From the NCBI GenBank assembly GCA_903855705.1, contig CAINZT010000103.1, positions 1,105 to 65,104 on the forward strand: a stretch of DNA of 64,000 nucleotides, in the 5' to 3' direction. Both the position numbers and the translations under genes were made by a program. The notes below the pieces were generated by a model. That model had not been told where the DNA came from and did not search any database. It saw only the letters and a program-made list of their open reading frames with translations. This document shows positions 19,068-27,582 of the stretch, piece after piece; positions within the stretch are counted from its first letter, which is position 1; each line of letters opens with the position of its first letter. This DNA is from an uncultured Synechococcus sp. (GTDB lineage Bacteria; Cyanobacteriota; Cyanobacteriia; PCC-6307; Cyanobiaceae).

Positions 19068-19517
19068 GGCGGCGATGGCGACTGACTCTTTCTAAGTCGC
19101 CAGTGGTGAAACCCTGTTGCAACGGGCCTGTGAAGGCCGACCCCAGTGGGGCCAAGGGCTGGCCCCTCAACCATTGGCAACGCTGCTCGGGCCGCCGCGA
19201 ACGATAAGCAACGCTGTGCTGCCCGGTTTTCCCCGGCTGTCCGTTGTTTTCCCCAGAAAAGTGGACCTTTTCCCCCAACGTCCTGGCCGAGACCCCGCCA
19301 GGGCTGATGGCCGGGGCCAATCCCTGGGGAATGGTCCCCTTGCCCTTGACGGGGATGGGGTGAGGCCCTCACCGGGGACCTGGCAAAGCAAGACGGGTCC
19401 GAATGACAAGTGGCTGGCAAATTCCCAGAGGTTGTCCCACGGGTCCCGGATCCCAGGGGCCGCTTGCACGGCAGGGGATGGTTGGGGGGTCTTCGGCCTT
19501 CGGGCAGTCAAGAACGC

Positions 19518-19760
19518 ATGAGCCATATCCCCGACCACGCACCCCGCAGTGTTTCCGTGGAGAACCAGTTCCCTGAGGACCTCTTCGACGCCATGCGGGA
19601 GTTCGTGCGGGTGCATCCCCAGTGGGACCAATACCGCCTGATGCAGGCAGCCCTGGCCGGCTTCCTCTTCCAGCAGGGTTGCCAAGATCGGTCCGTGGCA
19701 CGCCATTACCTTGACGGCCTATTCCAGCGGGACAGCAGCCCCCACCGAAGCGCTGGCTGA
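19518..19760 (+). CDS. small conserved cyanobacterial protein (DUF2811-like)
   Basis: The internal ATG 19518 gives MSHIPDHAPRSVSVENQFPEDLFDAMREFVRVHPQWDQYRLMQAALAGFLFQQG..., which I recall as a DUF2811-type sequence. The upstream part of the track ORF looks non-coding. Confidence 0.5.
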   Translation: MSHIPDHAPRSVSVENQFPEDLFDAMREFVRVHPQWDQYRLMQAALAGFLFQQGCQDRSVARHYLDGLFQRDSSPHRSAG

Positions 19761-19825
19761 GCGGTCCAGGGCTGCAGGCAAGGGGAACCCCGGCCTAGAA
19801 CACTCACTATCGACGGCAAAAGACC

Positions 19826-20557
19826 ATGCTCCTAGCGGTCAGTGGAGCCTCAGGCAAGACAGGCTGGCGGGTGGTGCAGGAGGCCCTCGCCCGGGGCCAT
19901 CGGGTAAGGGCCCTAGTGCGCCCAGGGTCCGATGTGCCAGCGGGACTGCAGGGCGCCGAGCTGGTGCGACTGGAGCTCAGCGATGGTCCAGCCCTGGCCA
20001 ACGCCCTGCAGGGCTGCGAGGCCTTGGTGATCGCCACCGGCGCCAGGCCGGGTATCGATCTGACGGCGCCCCTGCGGGTTGATGCCTGGGCCGTTGACAG
20101 CCAGATCCGGGCCTGCGAAGCCTTAGGAGTGAAGCGGGTGCTACTGGTCAGCTCCCTTTGCGCCGGACTGTTGTGGCACCCCCTAAACCTCTTCGGTCTG
20201 ATCCTGGTGGTGAAGCGGCTGGGCGAACAGGCCCTCGAACGCAGCAGTCTCGATTGGACAATCATCCGCCCGGGCGGACTGACGGAATCAGAAACGGGGC
20301 TTGAACAGCAGACCATCCACTATTCCAACACCGACCAACAACAGGACGGAAGCATTCCGCGCCGGCTGGTGGCCAGGGTGTGCCTTGATGCCCTAGAAAC
20401 GCCCCTGAGCCACAACCGCATCATTGAAATCACCAGCAGGCACCCGGCCGAAGCCGGCAGTGAATCAAGCAACAGGGAAACAAACAACGCTGTAAAGTTG
20501 GCAGCGCCGTCAGAGACAAGCGTCCGGAGTCTTTCCAACTGGCTTACTGAAAGTTAA
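19826..20557 (+). CDS. NAD(P)-binding atypical SDR (NmrA-like)
   Basis: N-terminal MLLAVSGASGKTGWRVVQEALARGHRVRALVR Rossmann motif, plus RVLLVSS and IIRPGGL segments. Confidence 0.8.
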   Translation: MLLAVSGASGKTGWRVVQEALARGHRVRALVRPGSDVPAGLQGAELVRLELSDGPALANALQGCEALVIATGARPGIDLTAPLRVDAWAVDSQIRACEALGVKRVLLVSSLCAGLLWHPLNLFGLILVVKRLGEQALERSSLDWTIIRPGGLTESETGLEQQTIHYSNTDQQQDGSIPRRLVARVCLDALETPLSHNRIIEITSRHPAEAGSESSNRETNNAVKLAAPSETSVRSLSNWLTES

Positions 20558-20793
20558 CAGCACATGGGCAATTGGAGGTGATCCATGGCGGATTCAGACG
20601 CATCAGATCTGGCGCATAAGTTTCGTTGCCACTGGCATTCTCTGACCACTACTTGCCGCTGATGATGGTCAAGGTTGCACCGATCAAGCGCTGTGTCCAG
20701 GCTCAACCTTGGTCAACGCGAAAGGCGGCAAGGGATTAGGCAGGGTCCCGAAACTTGCGTTCAACCGGGATAAACTCCTCACCCGACCATCCC

Positions 20794-21282
20794 ATGGGCA
20801 CCTTGGCGAAGGCGCTGCTGATCGCCAATCTGGCCGCCAGCCCCAGCGCCTGGCCAGCGCCGCCCTGGGGCCCGGCCCCAGCCCCCATGCTGTACCTAAC
20901 GTCGATTGATAATGGCCGCAGCCTGGACATTGAACAGGGCAGCGAGATCCAGCTAAGATTGAGCGAAAATGCCTCCACCGGCTATCGCTGGAGCCTGGGC
21001 CCCCTAGACCCGGCCCTGATCGAACTGGTCACTGAGCGGACCCAAACCAACCCCAGCGACGCTGCTGGCTCCCAGGGTCAGCCCGTGCCCGCCGGCAACC
21101 CTCGCCAGGTGGCCTTTCGCTTCAAGGCGCTGCGCCCCGGGCGAACCGAGATCACCTTGCGGCACCTGCGCAGTTGGGAGGGGGATCGTTCCACCATCGA
21201 TCGCTTTCGGCTGAGCTTGCACATTGATGCCAAGTCGGCACATCAAGGTGGCCCCCACCCAGGCCTGCCGGTTCAACCGTAG
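20794..21282 (+). CDS. chagasin-family (MEROPS I42) cysteine-peptidase inhibitor, secreted
   Basis: The three chagasin loop signatures appear in order: ENASTGYRW (NPTTGY-W-like), a PVPAGNP loop and LRSWEG (RPWE-like). The N-terminus from ATG 20794 looks like a signal peptide (MGTLAKALLIANLAASPSA). Confidence 0.65.
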   Translation: MGTLAKALLIANLAASPSAWPAPPWGPAPAPMLYLTSIDNGRSLDIEQGSEIQLRLSENASTGYRWSLGPLDPALIELVTERTQTNPSDAAGSQGQPVPAGNPRQVAFRFKALRPGRTEITLRHLRSWEGDRSTIDRFRLSLHIDAKSAHQGGPHPGLPVQP

Positions 21283-21558
21283 GGCCCAACGAATCAATTT
21301 AGATCCCCAGCCCTAATTAACATCAGGGCATAGCACTCTCGCCCAAAGAGTTGTAACAAATTAATCATTTCTGACTTAATTCAGCCAAGCAATAGCAGCA
21401 GTGACAATGAAATCTATGCCGCAGATCTGAGGCTCGATCAAGGCCAGGAGTCCAATCGAGGGTGACTAGCCTGAAGTTGGTCAAGGCGGCGTTAGCGGAT
21501 CCATCGCCAAGGGAGCCATCGCCCCTCGGGCCCTACAGAGCAGGCTCGCCCGATCCAA

Positions 21559-21585
21559 CCAATCCATCCAATCCATCCAATCCAA
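21559..21585 (+). repeat. 9-nt tandem repeat CCAATCCAT x3 in the hsp20 5' leader
   Basis: ccaatccat ccaatccat ccaatccaa, read directly from the sequence, immediately upstream of the SD. Confidence 0.8.
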
Positions 21586-21599
21586 TTGGAGTTCTTGCC

Positions 21600-21962
21600 A
21601 TGGCCTTAATCAAGTGGGAGCCCTTCCGCGACATCGAGGATCTGGTTGGCCATTCCCTCGCCTGGCCCCTAGGACGGGCCCAGTCGATGCTGGGGCTGGG
21701 GCTGGGGGATTGGAATCCCCGCGTGGACATCAGCGAAAGCAACGGGAATTACATCATCAAGGCCGATATTCCGGGCGTTGCCAAGGAGAATCTCAAAGTG
21801 ACACTAGATAATGGCGTACTCACCCTTCATGGCGAACGCAAACAGGACAAGGAGGAAGACAACAAACGCGGCCATCGCATCGAACGCTTCTATGAGAGCT
21901 TCTCGCGCAGTTTCTCCCTGCCAGAGGATGCGGATGCCATGGGCCTTAAGGCCACGGCCTAG
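21600..21962 (+). CDS. Hsp20/alpha-crystallin small heat-shock protein, truncated by in-frame TAG
   Basis: MALIKWEPFRDIED..., and an ACD core WNPRVDISESNGNYIIKADIPGVAKENLKVTLDNGVLTLHGERK...ERFYESFSRSFSLPEDAD. GGAG lies 8 nt upstream of ATG 21600. The TAG at 21960-21962 interrupts recognisable homology that continues to 22055. Confidence 0.8.
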   Translation: MALIKWEPFRDIEDLVGHSLAWPLGRAQSMLGLGLGDWNPRVDISESNGNYIIKADIPGVAKENLKVTLDNGVLTLHGERKQDKEEDNKRGHRIERFYESFSRSFSLPEDADAMGLKATA

Positions 21963-22133
21963 GAGCGCCAGTTAGTCGTGAGTGTGCCCCGTAAAAATGT
22001 GCCCCGTAAAACAGTTGCTCCCTCAGCTGAGGCCCTACAGGTGCCGATCGAATAAGGCCCTCGACCAGGATGCTCGAAGGCCTTAAATTAGGGCCAAAAT
22101 CTGTCACCCCGTTGATCCCAACACCGCTTGCTG

Positions 22134-23786
22134 CCCATGGCCCCTGATTCCTTGGCGCTTAAACAGAGCATGGCTGCGGCGGAGGCCGATCCCCAGGTGG
22201 ATACGGGCCCAGCGGCCGTTGCCCTGATGCAGCAATGGCTGGCCCGCCACGAAGGTGAGATCATCAAACGCCGGCTGGAGTCACCAAGGGAGTTCAACGG
22301 CACGATGATTCAGTGGTTTCATTGGTATGGCGAGGCTGATGGCGGCCACTGGCGGCGCCTTAGCCAGGAGGCGACGAACCTGGCGGCAGCAGGCTTTACG
22401 GGGATCTGGTTGCCACCGGCTTTCAAGGGCACAGGTCCAGTCGATGTGGGCTACGGGGTCTACGACCTCTATGACCTGGGCGAATTTGACCAGAAGGGCA
22501 CGATTCGCACCCGTTATGGAACCAAGCAGGAGTATTTGGCAGCGGTGCAGGCCTGCCGGCAAGCGGGCCTGCAGGTGTATGCCGATGTGGTCTTCAACCA
22601 CAAGATGGGGGCCGATTCCCCTGAAGACTTTGGCGCCACCCCCTTTGATCCAGCCAACCGCAACCAGCGGCTCGGCGACGAGCGTGGGATCCGGGCCTGG
22701 ACGAACTTCCGCTTTGAGGGGCGCCAGGGGTGCTATTCCAACCTGATCTGGCATTGGTATCACTTTGATGCCGTTGATCACAACCTGCTGGATCAGGGCA
22801 TGCAGGCCATCTGGAAGGTACATGGTGCCGATTTCGAGCACAACGTAGATCTAGAGAAGGGAAATTACGATTATTTAATGGGCTGCGATCTTAATATGAA
22901 TCACCCAGAAGTGCGCACCGAACTCAAGGCTTGGGGCGAATGGACGCTCAATACGGTGGGCGTGGATGGCTTTCGCCTCGATGCGATCAAGCACATCGCC
23001 AGTGATTTCCTCATCGACTGGATTGGCCATGTGGAACAGTATGCCCAAAGAGATCTGTTTGTGGTGGGTGAATACTGGAGCAATAAACTGGAAAGCCTGA
23101 GCTGGTATGCGGCTAACAGTGGCGGCCGCATGAGCCTATTTGATGCACCTATCCACTACAACTTTCATGCCGCCAGCACGAGTGGCGGCCAGTTCAACAT
23201 GCAACGACTGCTTGACGGCAGCCTGATGCAAACGATGCCGCTGCTGGCCGTCACCTTGGTCGACAACCATGACACCCAGCCCCTGCAGGCGTTGGAATCC
23301 ACGGTGGAGCCCTGGTTCAAGCCCCTGGCCTATGCGGTGATCCTGCTGCGCGACCAGGGCTATCCCTGTGTGTTTCACGCCGATTACTACGGGGCCCACT
23401 ATGACGATCAGCGCAATGGCCAGGAGATCTCCATCAGCATGGCGAGCCATCGCTTCCTGATTGATCGTTTCCTGCTGGCCCGTTCTAGTTGCGCCTATGG
23501 TGCCCAATACGATTACTTTGACCATTTCAATTGCATTGGTTGGACTCGCCTAGGAACGGCTAGCCATCCAAGGGCGATGGCGGTGTTGATGAGTGATGGC
23601 GATGCCGGCTGGAAATGGATGGAGGTGGGCAAAGCCCATACGGTGTTCCGGGATCTGAGCGGCCATATCCGCGATGCCATCACCACGAATGCCGATGGCT
23701 GGGCCAATTGGCGCTGCTTGGGTGGCTCGGTGTCGGTGTGGGTGGAGCAGGAGCTGATCACGGAGCTGGGTGTGGTGCTGGATTGA
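22134..23786 (+). CDS. GH13 alpha-amylase (cytoplasmic AmyA-like)
   Basis: MIQWFHWY, DVVFNHK, GFRLDAIKH, EYW and VDNHDTQP, the conserved GH13 regions I-IV. Start TTG 22128 or ATG 22134. Confidence 0.88.
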   Translation, partial: PMAPDSLALKQSMAAAEADPQVDTGPAAVALMQQWLARHEGEIIKRRLESPREFNGTMIQWFHWYGEADGGHWRRLSQEATNLAAAGFTGIWLPPAFKGTGPVDVGYGVYDLYDLGEFDQKGTIRTRYGTKQEYLAAVQACRQAGLQVYADVVFNHKMGADSPEDFGATPFDPANRNQRLGDERGIRAWTNFRFEGRQGCYSNLIWHWYHFDAVDHNLLDQGMQAIWKVHGADFEHNVDLEKGNYDYLMGCDLNMNHPEVRTELKAWGEWTLNTVGVDGFRLDAIKHIASDFLIDWIGHVEQYAQRDLFVVGEYWSNKLESLSWYAANSGGRMSLFDAPIHYNFHAASTSGGQFNMQRLLDGSLMQTMPLLAVTLVDNHDTQPLQALESTVEPWFKPLAYAVILLRDQGYPCVFHADYYGAHYDDQRNGQEISISMASHRFLIDRFLLARSSCAYGAQYDYFDHFNCIGWTRLGTASHPRAMAVLMSDGDAGWKWMEVGKAHTVFRDLSGHIRDAITTNADGWANWRCLGGSVSVWVEQELITELGVVLD

Positions 23787-23866
23787 GGCTCCGCAACGGT
23801 GGGGCTGCCTAGCCGGGTCTGCGACCAGCCAGCATCGGGCCAAGCGACTAGGACAAAACCCTGCCG

Positions 23867-24850
23867 ATGCCAATCGTTTGCGCCGAACGCCTCAGCAAGA
23901 CCTACCGGGTGGCCCAAAAGCAGCCGGGTTTGGGCGGCACCCTGCGCCATTTCTTCTGGCGCCGCAGCCGCGCCGTGGAGGCTGTGCGCGAGCTCAGCTT
24001 CTCGATCGAGCCCGGCGAAATGGTGGGCTTCCTCGGCGCCAATGGGGCGGGAAAGACCACCACACTGAAAATGCTCAGTGGCCTGGTCCATCCCAGTGGC
24101 GGCAGCCTGCAGGTGGCAGGCCACCGGCCCCAGCGCCGCCAGGCCCCTTTTCTGCAAAAAATCACGCTTGTGATGGGGCAAAAGCAGCAGCTGATCTGGG
24201 ACCTGCCACCGCTCGATTCCTTTCGGGTCAATGCCGCGGTCTATGGCCTCGATGACAGCGAAGCCAAGCGGCGCATCAACGAATTGGCCGAGATGTTGGA
24301 GCTGGGCGAGGAACTCACCCGGCCAGTGCGCAAGTTATCCCTGGGGGAGCGCATGAAGGCCGAACTGCTGGCGGCCCTGTTGCACCGCCCCTCGCTGCTG
24401 TTTCTCGATGAACCCACCCTGGGCCTCGATGTCAACGCCCAGGCGCGGGTGCGCACGTTCCTAGCCGATTACAACCGTCGCTACGGCGCCACCGTGCTGC
24501 TCACTAGCCACTACATGGCCGACATCACCGCCCTCTGCCCCAGGGTGCTGCTGATCCACCAAGGCAGCCTTTTCTATGACGGCAGCCTGGAGGCCCTGAC
24601 CCAGCGGCTCTCCCCCTGCCGAATGGTGCGCCTGGAGTTGAAAACGCCCCTGCCAGCCCCAGCCTTGGCCGCCTATGGCCAGGTGGAGGCCATCAATGGC
24701 CGCGAAGTGCGGCTGCTGATCGAACGGAACCAACTCACTGGCACCGTGGCGCGGCTGCTGGGGGACCTAGAGGTGCTGGATCTGGAGGTGGCGGATCCAC
24801 CGATTGAGGATCTGATCGGCCAACTCTTCCAGAAAGGGGTGGTGTCTTGA
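23867..24850 (+). CDS. ABC transporter ATP-binding protein
   Basis: Walker A GANGAGKTT, signature LSLGERMK and Walker B LLFLDEPT. Confidence 0.9.
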   Translation: MPIVCAERLSKTYRVAQKQPGLGGTLRHFFWRRSRAVEAVRELSFSIEPGEMVGFLGANGAGKTTTLKMLSGLVHPSGGSLQVAGHRPQRRQAPFLQKITLVMGQKQQLIWDLPPLDSFRVNAAVYGLDDSEAKRRINELAEMLELGEELTRPVRKLSLGERMKAELLAALLHRPSLLFLDEPTLGLDVNAQARVRTFLADYNRRYGATVLLTSHYMADITALCPRVLLIHQGSLFYDGSLEALTQRLSPCRMVRLELKTPLPAPALAAYGQVEAINGREVRLLIERNQLTGTVARLLGDLEVLDLEVADPPIEDLIGQLFQKGVVS

Positions 24851-25653
24851 AAGGGATTCAAGCGATTCGCATTGCCCGGGTCTTGCTCTCCAGCCAATAC
24901 GCCTACATGCTCGAATACCGGGCAGAAATTGCCCTCTGGGCCCTCTCTGGGGTGGTGCCCTTCATCATGCTGGCCCTCTGGAGCCAGGTGGATGCGAGCG
25001 GCGGCAGCCCTGGAACCCTGGGCCTAAGTCGGCTGCAGCTGGGTCGCTATTTCCTTTCGGCCTTCATCGTGCGCCAGTTCACGATCGCCTGGGTGGTGTG
25101 GGCCTTCGAAGAAGACGCCCTGCAGGGGCGCCTCTCCCATGCCCTACTACAACCCCTGCATCCACTCTGGCGCTACCTCAGCGCCCACCTGGCCGAACAA
25201 GCGACCAGGCTGCCCTTTGTGGCCGTGCTGGTGGGGCTGTTTTTTCTGCTGCAACCAGACACCGTATGGCTGCCGTCTTTGGCTCAGGCCCTGACGGCGC
25301 TGCTGGCGATCTGGATGGCCTTTGCGATCAACTTCCTCCTGCAGAGCGCCATCGCCATTCTCTGCTTCTGGAGTGAACGGGCCAGTGCCCTGGAGCGGCT
25401 GCTCTACATCCCCTATCTCTTCCTCTCGGGGCTGATGGCGCCCTTAGAGGTGTTTCCGCCAGCCGTGCGCGCCTTCGCCCTCTGGACCCCCTTCCCCTAC
25501 ATGATTGCCTTTCCAGCCCAGCTGCTCTCGGGTAACCCCCTGACCTTCAGTGGAGCCTTTGCGGCCATGGCGGGCTGGATCGCCCTGTTGCTGCCCCTGG
25601 TTGGGTTGCTCTGGAGGGCAGGGGTGCGCCGCTACTCCGCCATGGGGGCCTGA
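24847..25653 (+). CDS. ABC-2-type transporter permease
   Basis: Overlaps the ATPase stop by 4 nt. Polytopic membrane protein of about 6 TM. Confidence 0.7.
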   Translation: MKGIQAIRIARVLLSSQYAYMLEYRAEIALWALSGVVPFIMLALWSQVDASGGSPGTLGLSRLQLGRYFLSAFIVRQFTIAWVVWAFEEDALQGRLSHALLQPLHPLWRYLSAHLAEQATRLPFVAVLVGLFFLLQPDTVWLPSLAQALTALLAIWMAFAINFLLQSAIAILCFWSERASALERLLYIPYLFLSGLMAPLEVFPPAVRAFALWTPFPYMIAFPAQLLSGNPLTFSGAFAAMAGWIALLLPLVGLLWRAGVRRYSAMGA

Positions 25654-25656
25654 TCG

Positions 25657-26445
25657 ATGGGGCGATACCTGCTCACCCTGCGGCGCTTCTGGGCCACGGC
25701 CCTAGCCGGCCAACTCGAATACCAACTCAATCTGCTGATCGACCTGCTCGCCATGGCCGGCAACCTGGCCGGCAGCCTATTTGTAATCAGCCTTTTTTAC
25801 GGACCCGGCCGCAACCTGGGGGGCTGGAGCTGGGAAGCGGCCCTGGTGGTGCTGGGGGTTTACACGGTGCTGGATGGCGCCTGCAGTTCGCTGCTTCGGC
25901 CCAACCTGGGCACGATCGTCACCCACGTGCAGCAGGGCACCCTGGATTTCATCCTGCTCAAACCGATCGATAGTCAGTTTTGGCTGTCCTTTCGGACCTT
26001 TTCGCCCGCAGGCCTGCCGGAGATTGTCACGGGCCTGGGCCTGACCATCTGGGCCGCTGCCAAGGCCGGCGCAACCCCCAACCCGACGGGTGTTCTAACT
26101 GCGGCGTTGATGCTGGCCTCAAGCCTGGTGATTCTCTACAGCCTCTGGTTTGGCCTGGCTACGACCTCGATCTGGTTCGTCAAAACCTGGAACGCCACCG
26201 AGGTGTTGCGCGCGGCCCTAACGGCAGGGCGGTATCCGATCAGCGCCTATCCCCTACAGCTGCGCAGCCTGCTCACGGTGGTGCTGCCGGTGGCCTTCCT
26301 CACCACGGTTCCGGCCGAGGCCATCCTGGGGGGAATCAGTGTCAACGCCGGTGCGGCCTCCCTGCTGATGGCCACGGTCTGTCTACTGCTGTGCCGGGGG
26401 TTCTGGGGCTATGCCTTGCGCTTTTACACCTCGGCGTCGAGTTAA
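25657..26445 (+). CDS. ABC-2-type transporter permease (second subunit)
   Basis: Begins 3 nt after the previous stop. Polytopic membrane protein, paralogous in architecture to the previous permease. Confidence 0.7.
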   Translation: MGRYLLTLRRFWATALAGQLEYQLNLLIDLLAMAGNLAGSLFVISLFYGPGRNLGGWSWEAALVVLGVYTVLDGACSSLLRPNLGTIVTHVQQGTLDFILLKPIDSQFWLSFRTFSPAGLPEIVTGLGLTIWAAAKAGATPNPTGVLTAALMLASSLVILYSLWFGLATTSIWFVKTWNATEVLRAALTAGRYPISAYPLQLRSLLTVVLPVAFLTTVPAEAILGGISVNAGAASLLMATVCLLLCRGFWGYALRFYTSASS

Positions 26446-26535
26446 ACGGGCTAAAGGGTGAACAGGGACGCTGCTCCCTGTCGGCAAGATCACCGGCCCC
26501 GTTGCCCGTGATGCGAGAAGCTGGAATCACGACAA

Positions 26536-26976
26536 GTGCTATCCATGCCCCAGACCCTGCGGGACCGCCGCTCACCGCTAATGAGTCTGCGCCCGGCCAC
26601 CAACGATCAAACTGATGCGGCCAACACGGATCCGAACTCCAAGGCCGGGGCGTCCAGTCGGAGCAATGGCTTTGGAGGGGGCTCCAAGAAAGGCTCGGCG
26701 AAAGCCGGCAAGCCGGGTGCCAAAGGCCGCAAGAAAAAGGGTACCGGCCTGAGCGCTGCCGATCGGGGCCCCCTGGGCAAGGATCCAGACCTTGAAGCGA
26801 TTGTGGCCAGGCAACGGTTGCACCTCCCCCTCTCCGGTCGGCTGGGAGAAGCCGAAGTGACCCGGGCCTGGAAGCTGGCAGCCGGCGAGCACCATCCAGA
26901 CCGGGGCGGCCTGCACGACACCATGCAACTCATTAATGGCGCCCGGGACCTCCTACTGGGCAGGGGCCTGGTTTGA
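26536..26976 (+). CDS. J-domain-containing protein with basic low-complexity N-terminus
   Basis: HPD motif in the context AWKLAAGEHHPDRGG...INGARDLLLG at the C-terminus. The N-terminal half is Gly/Lys/Ser-rich. Confidence 0.55.
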   Translation: MLSMPQTLRDRRSPLMSLRPATNDQTDAANTDPNSKAGASSRSNGFGGGSKKGSAKAGKPGAKGRKKKGTGLSAADRGPLGKDPDLEAIVARQRLHLPLSGRLGEAEVTRAWKLAAGEHHPDRGGLHDTMQLINGARDLLLGRGLV

Positions 26977-27254
26977 ATGGCCGCCTAACTGGGGATTGAA
27001 CCAAAGAAAGGGCTTAACCGCCTAATTTAACGACAACTTCAACCGCAGTTTTAGCCCCAATGCCAACGCAAGTGGCCTGGCCAGTAATGGGTTACTACAT
27101 AACGGCCGCATCCATGGCCCTAGCCGATTAGTTTCGTGTCCTTGACAACTGATCCTTATGAGAGAACGAAAATGAGAGACCTATTTCATGCCGCCCTTGA
27201 ACAGATACCAGCATCTACTTTAATTTCAAAGTCGACCACCAGTCCCCTAGCATT

Positions 27255-27280
27255 ATCCGAATACTGAATCCGAATACTGA
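27255..27280. repeat. perfect 13-nt tandem duplication ATCCGAATACTGA x2
   Basis: Read directly from the sequence in the low-GC spacer between the J-domain gene and the pseudouridine synthase gene. Confidence 0.8.
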
Positions 27281-27582
27281 ATAGGTATCTCTAGCAATTG
27301 CCATGCAGTCTCCCTCGCCCAACCCCAGCCGAGCAAGGGAAACACTTCTGATTGGCCCGCTCGCTTGAACGTCCACCAAGGTCGGCATGGACTAATTCCC
27401 ATTCCCAATGGGATTGCGACCCTGACACCCCTGAGCCTGTGGCCAAGCCCCCCTATCCACCGCCACCGGCCCGACCCGATTTTCCGCCGCCCGCCCGGCC
27501 GCCCCGGCCAGGCGAGTTGAAGGGCCGATGGGCCTGACGACGGCTGGGCGCCGGCCCCTCGGCAATCCATTGCCCAGGCTCG

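Noticed and set aside
19068-19200. Possible cobalamin riboswitch (GGTGAAACCC…GCAACGGG…CCAGTGGGG)
   Set aside because: Only fragments resemble the B12 element. The spacing and order do not match the consensus as I recall it, and no B12-related gene lies downstream. This needs cmscan, so it is not called as a feature.
19117-19706. Three overlapping ORFs (134 aa on plus; 118 and 179 aa on minus) in the MAPEG/DUF2811 spacer
   Set aside because: All translate to Gly/Pro/Arg-rich sequence without hydrophobic cores. The 179-aa ORF is antisense to the conserved DUF2811-like ORF.
21462-21599. N-terminal 46-aa extension of the Hsp20 ORF (GTG 21462)
   Set aside because: The extension translates the CCAATCCAT repeat as NPSNPSNP. 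The canonical sHSP N-terminus MALIKWEPF starts at ATG 21600 with a GGAG SD 8 nt upstream.
27352-27537. 61-aa Pro-rich ORF (…KPPYPPPPARPDFPPPARPPRPG…), and the 105-aa minus ORF 27253-27570
   Set aside because: They are mutually overlapping low-complexity translations of a CCG/CCC-rich tract, with no start context or domain.
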